Source: a virus. Taken from it: a stretch of DNA of 39,305 nt. The notes under the pieces were generated by a model. It saw nothing but the letters and a program-made list of their open reading frames with translations. It did no database searches and had not been told where the DNA came from. A program made the translations under genes and the position numbers. Each line of letters begins with the position of its first letter. The stretch's first letter is position 1. Below, one piece after another: positions 8,750 to 17,908 of the stretch. The stretch is from the IMG/VR virus record IMGVR_UViG_3300045988_059606. The stretch is one strand, 5' to 3'.

Positions 8750-9598
8750 TTAGATATAGTCCAAATCTTCTAATATCTCCGCTTTCTTGCGTTCTAAGTC
8801 GTTTTCCGGCTCTTTCGGTGGCTCCTGCGGTTCCTCTCCGGTAAAATTGTCTTTAATTGCGCTAATTACCGCTGCTGCTATTTTTTCTGCCGTCAATTTC
8901 TCGTCCGTTTCTTGTTTGGCTGCTAAATTTTTCGGCGTATGCTTATAAGCGTCGTAAAAATCGCTTGCCGCCGCTACTGCTTGGCTGCTTTCTGATACCT
9001 CAATGTCGAAATATTCTTGCCATTCTACGCCATTTTTCCAAGTCTCGGCATTGATAAGATCGTTAATTGTGTCCTCTGTAATGCCCTCTTTGACGTGCTG
9101 CATATAGGTATTTAATATAACCTTTTGGCAGCCGTCCAATATGTCTGCCTCTTTTCGCATTTCGTCGGCATTTCCCCACGCAATACTACTTGGTTTGTGG
9201 ATCATCATTTGCGCATTAGCCGGGATAACGATTTTGTCGCCTGCCATTGCGATAACTGACGCAATACTAGCCGCCAATCCCTCTACGTAAACTGTTATTT
9301 CGGCGTCGAAACGCTTAAGCATATTGTAAATGGCAATCCCGCCAAATACTGATCCGCCGCCGCTATTGATATGTACGTTAATTTTCGATACATTCTCTAA
9401 TTGATCCAAGAAGTCTTTAACGTCGGACGGCGCTTTATCCTCTGGATAATACTTTTGCCACTCTCCTAAACTCTCGCTATTGATGTCGCCGAAAAAGCAA
9501 AGATCCGCGCTCTCGTCCGTTTGGTTTCTGATCTCAATAGATCCAACCTCTCGTAATTTGTTGTTGCGGTCGCGCTTTGTCAACTTAAATAATGCCAT
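8750..9598 (-). CDS. ClpP-family (S14) head maturation protease
   Basis: GGSVFGGIAIYNMLKRFDAEITVYVEGLAASIASVIAMAGDKIVIPANAQMMIHKPS. Confidence 0.9.
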   Translation of the reverse strand: MALFKLTKRDRNNKLREVGSIEIRNQTDESADLCFFGDINSESLGEWQKYYPEDKAPSDVKDFLDQLENVSKINVHINSGGGSVFGGIAIYNMLKRFDAEITVYVEGLAASIASVIAMAGDKIVIPANAQMMIHKPSSIAWGNADEMRKEADILDGCQKVILNTYMQHVKEGITEDTINDLINAETWKNGVEWQEYFDIEVSESSQAVAAASDFYDAYKHTPKNLAAKQETDEKLTAEKIAAAVISAIKDNFTGEEPQEPPKEPENDLERKKAEILEDLDYI

Positions 9599-10858
9599 TT
9601 AGTCTGCTCCTCCTTTCTTGCCGTAATTTACTCCTAATTGTGTCAACTTAATGTAATTTCCGTTGCACATTAGGTCGTCTCCGCCCTCCTTGTCCGGTGC
9701 GTCTAGTAATGCTCGCGCCTCGTTTGGCGTTCTTATACCATTCTGCACATACTTACTTAGGATCTCTGCTTGGCTCTTTGTGTCTGTTCTCAAAATAACG
9801 TTTTCGTTAAATTTGAAATGTAAGCCCTGCTCGATTTCTGACGGATCCAACAACTTATAGTTAATTTCCTCCTCGTACTGTTTGAGTATGTATAACTCTG
9901 TGTCTACGTAGAAAGAAAGTTGTTGCATTTCTGAATTGTTATAACTACTTTTTTCGTAGTCGTTAATTTGGTTCGGCTTGATTCCAAATGCCCCTGCTAT
10001 CTGTAATGCCGTATATTTCGATAATTCGTAATATTGGCTATCTGTTAAACTGATACTTAACGGTTCTATTTTCATTCCGATTGGAACCGGTATAAATTTT
10101 CCCGCGTTATTAACTCCGGTTGCGTATTTTTCAAACTTTGCGATCAATGCTTTTTCTTTCTTCGGATCTAAGTCACCGGTATATTGCAATGCCGCGCGTG
10201 CGGTTAGTCCGCCCTCGTACAATTTATTCTTGAAATTCTGTGACGCTAACGCTCCGTCTATTGTTGCCTTAAGAATGCTGCGGACGCTTTCGCCTGTTAT
10301 TCCGTCAAATGTTGTTGACGTCTTAAAGTGCATTACTTCGTATTCCGGAAAAAAGTAACTTTCTCCGCTATATTTATCCGTGTACCAATAGTAAAGTTTT
10401 CCTTTTCCTCCGAATATACCTTTGTCGTCCACTATTACTGTTACGTCATTCGACGGCATAACCCATAGATTTTTTATTTTATAGTCGCCTCCGTATTTCA
10501 TCTTGTTAAATTCCGTTTGGATCCATACATAAGCGTTTCCAAAGTGATTTCTATTATTTTCTACCGCCGTCCAGAATGTCGTAGGTGTCATTTGTGGGTT
10601 AGGTCTGTACTTTAACAAATAAAACGCGCTATTTGGTTCCGCCTCTTTTCTGCCTTTCGCGTAAAACTTAATAGGCATTTTTCCTACTGTCTCCGAAAGC
10701 ATTTTTAAACACGTAAAATACGTTATCTCCGAAATTGGACGATTAAAAGGCGCCGCAACGCCCAACCATTCTAATAATTTCTCGTCGTTTAGCGCTACTG
10801 TTGTTCTGTTTTGCAGTTCTTTCTTTGCTTTTGAACCGATCGCGTCAAAAAAATTCAT
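9599..10858 (-). CDS. Portal protein (HK97 family)
   Basis: 419 aa between TerL and the protease. Confidence 0.9.
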   Translation of the reverse strand: MNFFDAIGSKAKKELQNRTTVALNDEKLLEWLGVAAPFNRPISEITYFTCLKMLSETVGKMPIKFYAKGRKEAEPNSAFYLLKYRPNPQMTPTTFWTAVENNRNHFGNAYVWIQTEFNKMKYGGDYKIKNLWVMPSNDVTVIVDDKGIFGGKGKLYYWYTDKYSGESYFFPEYEVMHFKTSTTFDGITGESVRSILKATIDGALASQNFKNKLYEGGLTARAALQYTGDLDPKKEKALIAKFEKYATGVNNAGKFIPVPIGMKIEPLSISLTDSQYYELSKYTALQIAGAFGIKPNQINDYEKSSYNNSEMQQLSFYVDTELYILKQYEEEINYKLLDPSEIEQGLHFKFNENVILRTDTKSQAEILSKYVQNGIRTPNEARALLDAPDKEGGDDLMCNGNYIKLTQLGVNYGKKGGAD

Positions 10859-10873
10859 TTTTACACCTGCCTT

Positions 10874-12604
10874 TTATTCGTACATTTCCAAAAATGCGCC
10901 TACTGCGTCGTTAATATCTACTGTTTCTAGGTCTGCCCCCATTGCGATTTTGTGGGCGCAAATTGCAGCGTCACACGGATCAATACGGGTTTTTTGTAAC
11001 ATTTTATCTATTTTTATCTCTCCGAAACTGTTCGGTTCGGATATAATAGCGTCATTCATGGATCGCGTTAATAAAACATTCTGTTTGTTATATTCCATGT
11101 TGTGTGCTTTTACCTCTAGCTGAAAATCTACCGTTGCGTCGTTTAGACTTCTTGCACTCTGCTTAATTTCTATCAGATCGCAACCAAAATCCTCTAAATC
11201 TAGTAAAAATGCACTTGCGTTATGCGGATCGTAACCGATTGCCATAACGTCTAATTGGTATTTATCTACAATATCGTGCAGGCTGCTTAATATTGTTTTG
11301 TAATCTGTCTTAATGCCCCCTGCTGCCGTCGTTACCGTTAATAAGCCTTGCTGTTGCCATATAACATATGGTGCATTGTCCTCTAAATCCATGTGTTCTT
11401 GTAGTCTATGACTTGGCATAAACGATTGACTATGCAAAAAATACCTGCGATCGCCGCTTTCTTCGTCCTCGTATGGGAACTCTAAACAATAACTTGTTAA
11501 ATCGCCGCCGCTCGATAAGTCTAAACCGACTATAACTTGTTTTCCTGCAAAGTCGCTTAAGTCTCTCTCGCTGCCGCATTTTTCCCATTCTGCAAGGTCT
11601 AAAAAGGCGGTTTCTGCATTTGTTACCCAAATATTTAGGGCTTTTGTTAGGAAATCGCGCAATTCTGCGCCGCCCATGCTTTGTGCTTTGTGGGCGTCCT
11701 CCTGCATTGCTGCTACCAACTCCGGATCTTTACCGGTTAGCGGGCAGCATTTAATCCAATTTTTAGGATCCCAAATGTCGTCTTTCTCGTCCATTTGTGC
11801 TATGTAAATAAATTGCCGCTCGTTTACGTCAATTCCACGTAATACACGGCGGCAGTATTTATATAAATCGTAACACGGCGCATTAAGGTTAAAACCTGCG
11901 GTCGTGATAACCGATATTAACGATTGTTTTAATTTTCTTGTACCACCCTTAAGTAACTTATACATTTGGTTGTCTTTATGCGCGTGGTACTCGTCTACTA
12001 TTCCAAGATACGGTCTAAAACCATCTATGGTGTGTGTATCTCTACCCAATGCCCTAATTACCGTGCTTGTTATTTTTCCGGTAATCTCGCTTTTGTAGTC
12101 TTTTATATCAAATAATTCCTTTAGGTCGTTATCTGCGTTTATGAATTTGATAATTTCCTTTAGGACTATTCGTGCTTGATCTGCTTTTGTTGCCGTACAA
12201 TAGATCTGACCGTAATTGTAATTATCGAAATTACAACATTTAATGCCTAAAATCGCATTTAATACGCTCTTTCCCTGCTGCCTTGCAACTTGTACGTAAC
12301 TATCTGTAAAACGTCTCTTTCCGGTTTCTTTGTGTACCCAACCAAAAAGGGATCCTAATATAAACTCTTGGAACCCGGCGCAGGTAAATTGTTCGTTTCC
12401 CTCGCCCTCTGCTATGGTTAATTTGTTGGCTAACTCTATAATGTCCTCTGCCTTTTCCTCATCAAACCTATAAGGAAAATTAGGATCATTCTTTTTTGAT
12501 CGCGCCAGATCATCAATGTGACGTTTGAACGCTAACCGCGCATCCTCGCCGAAATCTTTTTTATTTTTTACGTTTGCTTTCGCAAATTCTGTAACGCGAT
12601 CCAT
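10874..12604 (-). CDS. terL: Terminase large subunit
   Basis: 576 aa; Terminase_1-like organisation (ATPase then nuclease); follows TerS. Confidence 0.9.
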   Translation of the reverse strand: MDRVTEFAKANVKNKKDFGEDARLAFKRHIDDLARSKKNDPNFPYRFDEEKAEDIIELANKLTIAEGEGNEQFTCAGFQEFILGSLFGWVHKETGKRRFTDSYVQVARQQGKSVLNAILGIKCCNFDNYNYGQIYCTATKADQARIVLKEIIKFINADNDLKELFDIKDYKSEITGKITSTVIRALGRDTHTIDGFRPYLGIVDEYHAHKDNQMYKLLKGGTRKLKQSLISVITTAGFNLNAPCYDLYKYCRRVLRGIDVNERQFIYIAQMDEKDDIWDPKNWIKCCPLTGKDPELVAAMQEDAHKAQSMGGAELRDFLTKALNIWVTNAETAFLDLAEWEKCGSERDLSDFAGKQVIVGLDLSSGGDLTSYCLEFPYEDEESGDRRYFLHSQSFMPSHRLQEHMDLEDNAPYVIWQQQGLLTVTTAAGGIKTDYKTILSSLHDIVDKYQLDVMAIGYDPHNASAFLLDLEDFGCDLIEIKQSARSLNDATVDFQLEVKAHNMEYNKQNVLLTRSMNDAIISEPNSFGEIKIDKMLQKTRIDPCDAAICAHKIAMGADLETVDINDAVGAFLEMYE

Positions 12605-12605
12605 A

Positions 12606-13109
12606 TTATAGCGCGTGTTTCAAGAATTTATTTTCCGGCGGTGTTTCTTCTGTCTTTGGCATTGCCAATTTGCAACGGCTAGAAATTGTTAAACCTAACT
12701 CTCTTGCGCACTCGTTACATTGTTTCGCTGCCTTTAACTGTAATTTTTGCAAATAGCCGTATTTTCCTAACTGTTCGTCTATTTGTGTCTCCTCTGCTAT
12801 CTCGCTTTTTTTGTCCGGCACAAATCTAATTTTGTTAAGTTGCTTTGTTAGTTTCAAATACTCGCTATCCGCTCGCACATAACGCGCCAAAACGTCGCAA
12901 TCTAGGTTTGTCATTATGCCAATATCTATTAACTGTTGCGCGATCTCGTTAAATTTTTCTTTCTCTTTCTTTGTTAGGTATACAGGCGGTGTTACATTGT
13001 CGCACGGCGCCGTAACTTCCGCTTTTTTTCTCTGCTCGTATTCTGCTTTTGTTAAATGTTTTCTGCCTTTCGCTTTTACAAGGTCGATTGGCTCTCTTGG
13101 TCGTGCCAT
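12606..13109 (-). CDS. terS: Terminase small subunit (P27 family)
   Basis: MARPREPIDLVKAKGRKHLTKAE...CARELGLTISSRCKL. I preferred the ATG at 13109 because it has a GGAGG ribosome-binding site; the listed ORF extends to 13217. Confidence 0.8.
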   Translation of the reverse strand: MARPREPIDLVKAKGRKHLTKAEYEQRKKAEVTAPCDNVTPPVYLTKKEKEKFNEIAQQLIDIGIMTNLDCDVLARYVRADSEYLKLTKQLNKIRFVPDKKSEIAEETQIDEQLGKYGYLQKLQLKAAKQCNECARELGLTISSRCKLAMPKTEETPPENKFLKHAL

Positions 13110-13213
13110 ACCTCCTGTCTCCTTTCTAAAAACGATCCATTTAGGGAGTTTTTGCGTAATTTTAGGGGGGCTGCGGTCTTGGGCTAAACGGCTAAAACTT
13201 TTTTGCCGCCCCC

Positions 13214-13654
13214 TCACACCTTAACGTTTCTGTACTCCTTAATCGCTTTTCGCAGTTTGTCTTGCATTTCCCTTTTGCTTTCCTCATTCGCATACGCTTG
13301 TTTTATAGTCTTTTCGTGTGTTTCTTCGGACACGCTAATAAGATTGTTCGGATCTAGTCCTTTGCTTGGATCCTCGCGGTACTCTATGATGTGATGTACC
13401 AATGACGCTTTTACTATGCGCCGCTCTGTCGCATATAAATAAAGATCTATATGATTGTCTAGGGTTAATACCCTTTGTCTTACTATTTGCCATGCCTTAG
13501 AGTTGTAAAATGCTTTCGCCTTTCTATCTCTGTGCTTGGTGTCGTATTCTTTATCCCGCTGTGCCTTTGTTACTGTATGTCTATCGCAGTAGGTCTTTGT
13601 TATGTCTATCACCTTATTGCAGCCCGGGTAGGCGCAAAACTTACGTAGGGGCAT
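13214..13654 (-). CDS. HNH endonuclease associated with the terminase
   Basis: Motifs CAYPGCNKV...CDRH and HHIIEYREDPSKGLDPNNLISVSEETHEK. ATG at 13654 has an AGGAGG ribosome-binding site. Confidence 0.8.
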   Translation of the reverse strand: MPLRKFCAYPGCNKVIDITKTYCDRHTVTKAQRDKEYDTKHRDRKAKAFYNSKAWQIVRQRVLTLDNHIDLYLYATERRIVKASLVHHIIEYREDPSKGLDPNNLISVSEETHEKTIKQAYANEESKREMQDKLRKAIKEYRNVKV

Positions 13655-13674
13655 ATATAGAAACCTCCTAACAA

Positions 13675-13722
13675 TGCAAATTGCCCCGGGGCATAAATAA
13701 ATATACCTCGGGGCAATTTGCA
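13675..13722. repeat. 14-bp perfect inverted repeat (extendable to about 17 bp) upstream of the HNH/late operon
   Basis: tgcaaattgccccg (13675..13688) pairs with cggggcaatttgca (13709..13722). A TTTTT run follows on the plus strand. Confidence 0.8.
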
Positions 13723-13807
13723 ATTTTTCAATATTTCATTGTAAACATTTTAACGTAGTTAAACGGAAATGTCTAGGGCGTTAAATCGGGCGTGTTGTCA
13801 AGTGCTC

Positions 13808-14053
13808 TCAACTTCTACAACTGCTGCATTTATTAACGTTCTGCATTGCCTTTATAAGCGCCTCTGACGCCTCCTGCGCACTTATTCCTACTTGTGGTAT
13901 TTGCATTGTGATAGTTGTTTCTTGTGGTATTATGTACGCCTCCGCCTCCATTCTTTTATTATTACAATATTCTTTATTGCTGCATTGTCTGCATTTCTTA
14001 GTCATTCTGCTATAACTTCCTGTTTTGCAACCGTTAATTGTTGTTTCGCTCAT
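13808..14053 (-). CDS. Hypothetical Cys-rich small protein
   Basis: 81-aa ORF co-oriented with the operon; no family recognised. Confidence 0.5.
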   Translation of the reverse strand: MSETTINGCKTGSYSRMTKKCRQCSNKEYCNNKRMEAEAYIIPQETTITMQIPQVGISAQEASEALIKAMQNVNKCSSCRS

Positions 14054-14099
14054 TTTATTCCTCTCTTTGTTTCAATTCTTAATGCCTGCAATAATTCGT

Positions 14100-14345
14100 T
14101 TATTCTCTCGTCTGTGCGTCTAAAAATTCTATCATTCCGTATATTGTTATTTTTGTTCCTTCCTCCGTTTGGTATATTTCCTCTTTGCTGTGTTGCGCGC
14201 ACCACACGACTGCTGCCGCGTTTATTCCTGCTAATACGCCTGCTATTTCTGCTGCGCTATCAGCATTCTTTATGTCCTCTTTTATCTGTTGTAAATTTGT
14301 TTTTCTTTCTTCCGCTTTACATGATCTACAGCCTTTTCCCGACAA
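14100..14345 (-). CDS. Hypothetical protein
   Basis: 81-aa ORF; no family recognised. Confidence 0.5.
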   Translation of the reverse strand: MSGKGCRSCKAEERKTNLQQIKEDIKNADSAAEIAGVLAGINAAAVVWCAQHSKEEIYQTEEGTKITIYGMIEFLDAQTRE

Positions 14346-14631
14346 TCTTAAATTTTCTCCTTTCTTTCTCCGCTTGATAATCTGTTATTATAAATTTCTT
14401 GCAATTAAATTTCTTATTGTTTTTACCCTCTCCGTTGTAATACCTGCAATAGTCGCAATTAAAACACGCCTCTTTTTGTTCTCCGGTTTTTACGTTTAGA
14501 TTTTCAACGTTATTTGCGCATTTGCAACATAGGCAGCCGCCACACGGAAAAGCATAATTTATATTCTCCTCTTGTAACTGCTGCCTCTTTTCTTCAAATA
14601 TTCCGGGTAATGTTAACTGTTCGTACTTCAC
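14326..14631 (-). CDS. Hypothetical Cys-rich (13 Cys) protein, possibly metal-binding
   Basis: CGGCLCCKCANN...CFNCDYCRYY pattern. Confidence 0.55.
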   Translation of the reverse strand: MKYEQLTLPGIFEEKRQQLQEENINYAFPCGGCLCCKCANNVENLNVKTGEQKEACFNCDYCRYYNGEGKNNKKFNCKKFIITDYQAEKERRKFKIVGKRL

Positions 14632-15203
14632 TATATCGCGTCCGATCCAAACAATAATACCGCCATTTCTCTAACTAACGTGTTTTTATAGTTTCTTACC
14701 GTCTTTTCGTTAAGGTTGTCCGGGTAACCGTCGGTATTGGCTAAAATATCCGTGATTTCCTCCCAAGTGTAAACCTCCTCGTTTACCCGCTTGCCCTCTT
14801 TCGTCTCTTTCCGTTGTAAATAGCGGATTTCGATAGCCTCGTAGCCTTTTCGGTCTTTAATTTTGTTCAGCGCTTTTTCTATTCGTTCTATATCGCTCTT
14901 GGATCTTTCATATGACGCTTGGCGATCTCTTAATATTGTGTCCTCGTCTTTTGGCGCGGATCCATTCTTACAATATGACGTAATAGACTTGCTTTTTCCA
15001 TGAAAAGCAATAGCTAAATATTCCTGCTCGTCTGCTACGTGTTCCTTAAGCGTGCGGTAGCAATATAAGATCTTTTCGGTGTTCTTAAACGCCTCGTCTT
15101 TCATCTGCTTTTGTCTGTCGATCCACGAAATACTATTCATTTTCTTAAATACTTCGTCGATTGTGGTTAATATGGTTTCCTTTGTTTCCTTTGTTACACT
15201 CAT
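14631..15203 (-). CDS. Putative late-gene transcriptional activator (ArpU/RinA or sigma-70 region-4-like)
   Basis: C-terminal HTH-like segment YTWEEITDILA...EKTVRNYKNTLVREMAVLLFG. Located just upstream of the late operon. ATG at 15203 has a GGAGG site. Confidence 0.45.
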   Translation of the reverse strand: MSVTKETKETILTTIDEVFKKMNSISWIDRQKQMKDEAFKNTEKILYCYRTLKEHVADEQEYLAIAFHGKSKSITSYCKNGSAPKDEDTILRDRQASYERSKSDIERIEKALNKIKDRKGYEAIEIRYLQRKETKEGKRVNEEVYTWEEITDILANTDGYPDNLNEKTVRNYKNTLVREMAVLLFGSDAI

Positions 15204-15204
15204 T

Positions 15205-15486
15205 CTATGCCTCCTCAACTTCTCCGAATATTTCTTTGTATTTATCCGGGTAATTCTTGCCTATGTAGTCTTGCGTCGTCTTTTGGTCTGCTACGGCTAG
15301 ACTTTCGCTATTGTTGTTTCTTAAAAACAGCCACCCGCCCGGGCTTAAAAATATTGTTTGTACTGCATACCCGAAACCATTAACCACGTCGCAAACCTCC
15401 GTGGCTTTTTCGGTGTCAAATAGCAGACGTTTATTTCTCCTGCTGCCGTCCGGATTTTTTATTTCTACGCTTAATATCGCCTGCAA
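15205..15486 (-). CDS. Hypothetical protein
   Basis: 93-aa ORF. Confidence 0.5.
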   Translation of the reverse strand: MQAILSVEIKNPDGSRRNKRLLFDTEKATEVCDVVNGFGYAVQTIFLSPGGWLFLRNNNSESLAVADQKTTQDYIGKNYPDKYKEIFGEVEEA

Positions 15487-15748
15487 CTCGTTTTACCTCC
15501 TCTAATGTGTCTTGTATGTCTGATACTTGCTTATTCATTGCAAAATGTCGCAGTTTTTGACCGTTTAATAAGTGTTGTGTCTCTCTTGTCTGCTGCTTAA
15601 TCAGCGTAAGCCCGCCTGCATATAGTCTTTCGATTGTCGCTAGTGTTCTTTCTCTTTCTTTAAGATCCTTTTTCCATGTTCTGTATGTTATATAGTCCAA
15701 AACCATGTCTACTGCTGCAACAATCAAAATTGCTACCGCTATTTGCAT
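15431..15748 (-). CDS. Hypothetical membrane-anchored coiled-coil protein
   Basis: N-terminal hydrophobic helix MQIAVAILIVAAVDMVLDYI; GGAGG ribosome-binding site. Confidence 0.55.
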   Translation of the reverse strand: MQIAVAILIVAAVDMVLDYITYRTWKKDLKERERTLATIERLYAGGLTLIKQQTRETQHLLNGQKLRHFAMNKQVSDIQDTLEEVKRVAGDIKRRNKKSGRQQEK

Positions 15749-15951
15749 TTCCTCGCCTCCATTTCTCTTGTTGCTGCTCGCGTTATCTCTAACTTGTCCT
15801 TGAAATACTCTGTTTCCGCTAAATAGTCCGCTATCTCTCTTTGGTTTATCTGTCCTGCTGCCGCCTTGTATTCTTGCGCCATGTTGTCTAATAGCCTCTG
15901 TAGTTTTCGCAGATCCTTTTTAAGTGCTTTCTTTTTTCTCCTCTTATTCAT
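15739..15951 (-). CDS. Hypothetical basic coiled-coil protein (start uncertain; ORF extends to 16038)
   Basis: MNKRRKKKALKKDLRKLQRLL... Confidence 0.4.
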   Translation of the reverse strand: MNKRRKKKALKKDLRKLQRLLDNMAQEYKAAAGQINQREIADYLAETEYFKDKLEITRAATREMEARKCK

Positions 15952-16510
15952 TGCTACCACGCTTTCGCCTCTTGGCTGCCCTGCGCCCTTTTCTGTCTTT
16001 CTGCATTGCGTAATAGCAATATAGTGTTGCTCTTGCATCCTCTAGCGCATCATGCGCCTTATAATCGGTGTAGCCGTAATATTTGGCACAATATGTTAAC
16101 GGTTTCCACTTGTAATTATCGTGTTTCTCGTCGTATTCTCCTACGATATAGGCAAATTCTAACATTACGTCGTAGATCTTCGCCTTTACCGCCGTGTCTA
16201 TGCCTTTGGCTGCCAAAAACGGCAAATCAAAACCTTTGTGATTGTAGCCTATAATTAGCTCGGCTTTTCTTAAGATCTTGTCGATCTTTCTTTTTTCCGT
16301 TAGGATCCCCGGCGCAAGCTTCACGCAATCCCAAGATATTTTATTGATTTCCTCCGCCTCTTTCCATTCCGTCGCGTAGTCCGGCTTAATGTATGAGTTG
16401 TAAAGTGTTTTGCCTCTGCCGTTAATAATTGACACCTGCAAGATCTCGTCGTTGTTCCGATCTAGCCCGGTTGTTTCAATGTCAATACAGATTATTTTAC
16501 TTTTTCTCAT
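15944..16510 (-). CDS. DnaQ-like DEDDh 3'-5' exonuclease
   Basis: Exo motifs ICIDIETTGL, IGYNHKGFDLPFL and HDALEDARAT. Confidence 0.85.
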   Translation of the reverse strand: MRKSKIICIDIETTGLDRNNDEILQVSIINGRGKTLYNSYIKPDYATEWKEAEEINKISWDCVKLAPGILTEKRKIDKILRKAELIIGYNHKGFDLPFLAAKGIDTAVKAKIYDVMLEFAYIVGEYDEKHDNYKWKPLTYCAKYYGYTDYKAHDALEDARATLYCYYAMQKDRKGRRAAKRRKRGSNE

Positions 16511-16850
16511 TTTTCGCCCCCTCTGTTTCGATTGTGCATATGTTTTTGATCTGCAATATGTAGTACGCTTTTCCGGGTTCTGCACCCCATTCCTTTTTCC
16601 CGGTGCCTACTTTTAACTCGCAATCCGCCAATATTGCCGGCTTATCCTTTCCGTAACCATTTCTAAATAATATTTTCCGTGTTCCCCCTTTTGCTCTGCC
16701 TATCTCGATCAATTCTCCGTTTTTTGCCATTAGTCCGAATACGCTTACAAATCTTACGTCGTAATATTCTTTGATTTCTCTATACTCCTCTTTCTTTTCT
16801 CCGGATAAGATCATATCAAACCATTTTTTCTTTATTGGTAGTGTTAGCAT
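16497..16850 (-). CDS. ASCH-domain protein
   Basis: MLTLPIKKKWFDMILSGEKKEEYREIK...; GGAGG ribosome-binding site before 16850. Confidence 0.65.
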   Translation of the reverse strand: MLTLPIKKKWFDMILSGEKKEEYREIKEYYDVRFVSVFGLMAKNGELIEIGRAKGGTRKILFRNGYGKDKPAILADCELKVGTGKKEWGAEPGKAYYILQIKNICTIETEGAKNEKK

Positions 16851-16854
16851 TTTC

Positions 16855-17028
16855 CTACCTCCTCTCAAAACATTCCATTGTATCTTCCGGCTTTGTAAAT
16901 ACACTATGTTTATTACAATACCATTGCCCTTTGTGATATGCTCTTAAATCGCAAAACCTACAATTTTCGCAAGAAACTTCTTTTTTCTTGCGTTCGATTA
17001 TTTCTAGTAATTCTTTATTTTTTATCAC
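16855..17028 (-). CDS. Unlisted 57-aa GTG-start ORF, zinc-ribbon-like
   Basis: GGAGG lies 5 nt before the GTG. Hand translation: VIKNKELLEIIERKKKEVSCENCRFCDLRAYHKGQWYCNKHSVFTKPEDTMECFERR. It fills a gap in the operon. Confidence 0.45.
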   Translation of the reverse strand: MIKNKELLEIIERKKKEVSCENCRFCDLRAYHKGQWYCNKHSVFTKPEDTMECFERR

Positions 17029-17284
17029 TTTCCTCCACCTCCTCGTATAATTTATAAACCTGCTGCATAATTGCCTTTAATTTTGCCTCTCCAATGCCTT
17101 TTAAAGCTGCAATAGCCTTTTCAATGTCTCCGGGCTTAACTGCTGCCGCTTTGTTTTTCTTTCCAGCCTTAATGCCGTCGTTAAATCCGTCCTGCCATAC
17201 TCTTGTATAAAATGCGCTCATTTGCACATGATCCATTTTCTTAATATTCTTGTATTGCTCCCTTGTTATTAAATTCTTCGCCAT
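17015..17284 (-). CDS. Hypothetical protein
   Basis: 89-aa ORF. Confidence 0.55.
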   Translation of the reverse strand: MAKNLITREQYKNIKKMDHVQMSAFYTRVWQDGFNDGIKAGKKNKAAAVKPGDIEKAIAALKGIGEAKLKAIMQQVYKLYEEVEESDKK

Positions 17285-17295
17285 GCGTTGCCCTC

Positions 17296-17466
17296 CTATA
17301 TCATTCTTTTATGCTTGCTTTCTTCTCCAAGCGGTTTTACCTCTTGGCATTCTGTGTTAACGTTAATTTCTTTCGTCTCTACCGGTATAAGGTAGTCGCA
17401 TACATAGCACGCGTTGCGTAACCCTATGTTGCATTTTCCGTTTTTCTCATTTTTGCATTTAATCAT
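17296..17466 (-). CDS. Hypothetical small Cys-containing protein
   Basis: AGGAGG ribosome-binding site before the ATG at 17466. Confidence 0.5.
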   Translation of the reverse strand: MIKCKNEKNGKCNIGLRNACYVCDYLIPVETKEINVNTECQEVKPLGEESKHKRMI

Positions 17467-17529
17467 TGGTAACCTCCTACGGTAATACACTCTCTAGCAT
17501 ATCTGCCTTTATCAGATCGTATATAATAT

Positions 17530-17730
17530 CTAAATACGTTCTATTGTCTCTGTATCTACAATTTCGTCGTCTCTCCATTCGTTCACGTCGAATATTGCCG
17601 GGCTTACGAATAACATTTTGCAGTCCCTAGAGACGCACAAATAGTAACATTGGCTTTCCTTTGTCGTTCCCTTGCAGGGCTTAAAGTCGTATTCCTCAAT
17701 TTTCTTTACGTCCGCTTTCGGTTTTAACAT
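17530..17730 (-). CDS. Hypothetical protein
   Basis: 66-aa ORF with a GAGGAG ribosome-binding site. Confidence 0.5.
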   Translation of the reverse strand: MLKPKADVKKIEEYDFKPCKGTTKESQCYYLCVSRDCKMLFVSPAIFDVNEWRDDEIVDTETIERI

Positions 17731-17908
17731 TTCTTTTCTCCTCTCTGATCCACCAATTAAGGATCCAAACCGCTATAAATAGCACGGCGCCGGTTGCTGC
17801 GATCTTAAGCCCTACAATCCCGAACCATATAGCAATTAAAACTCCCGCTGCGATTGTTGTAATCGCCATAAGTGCTACCGTGTTAATAATCTTATCTGTC
17901 ATTGTCAA
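17696..17908 (-). CDS. Hypothetical two-pass membrane protein
   Basis: Two hydrophobic segments: ALMAITTIAAGVLIAIWFGIVGL and ATGAVLFIAVWILNWWI. Confidence 0.55.
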   Translation of the reverse strand: MTMTDKIINTVALMAITTIAAGVLIAIWFGIVGLKIAATGAVLFIAVWILNWWIREEKRNVKTESGRKEN

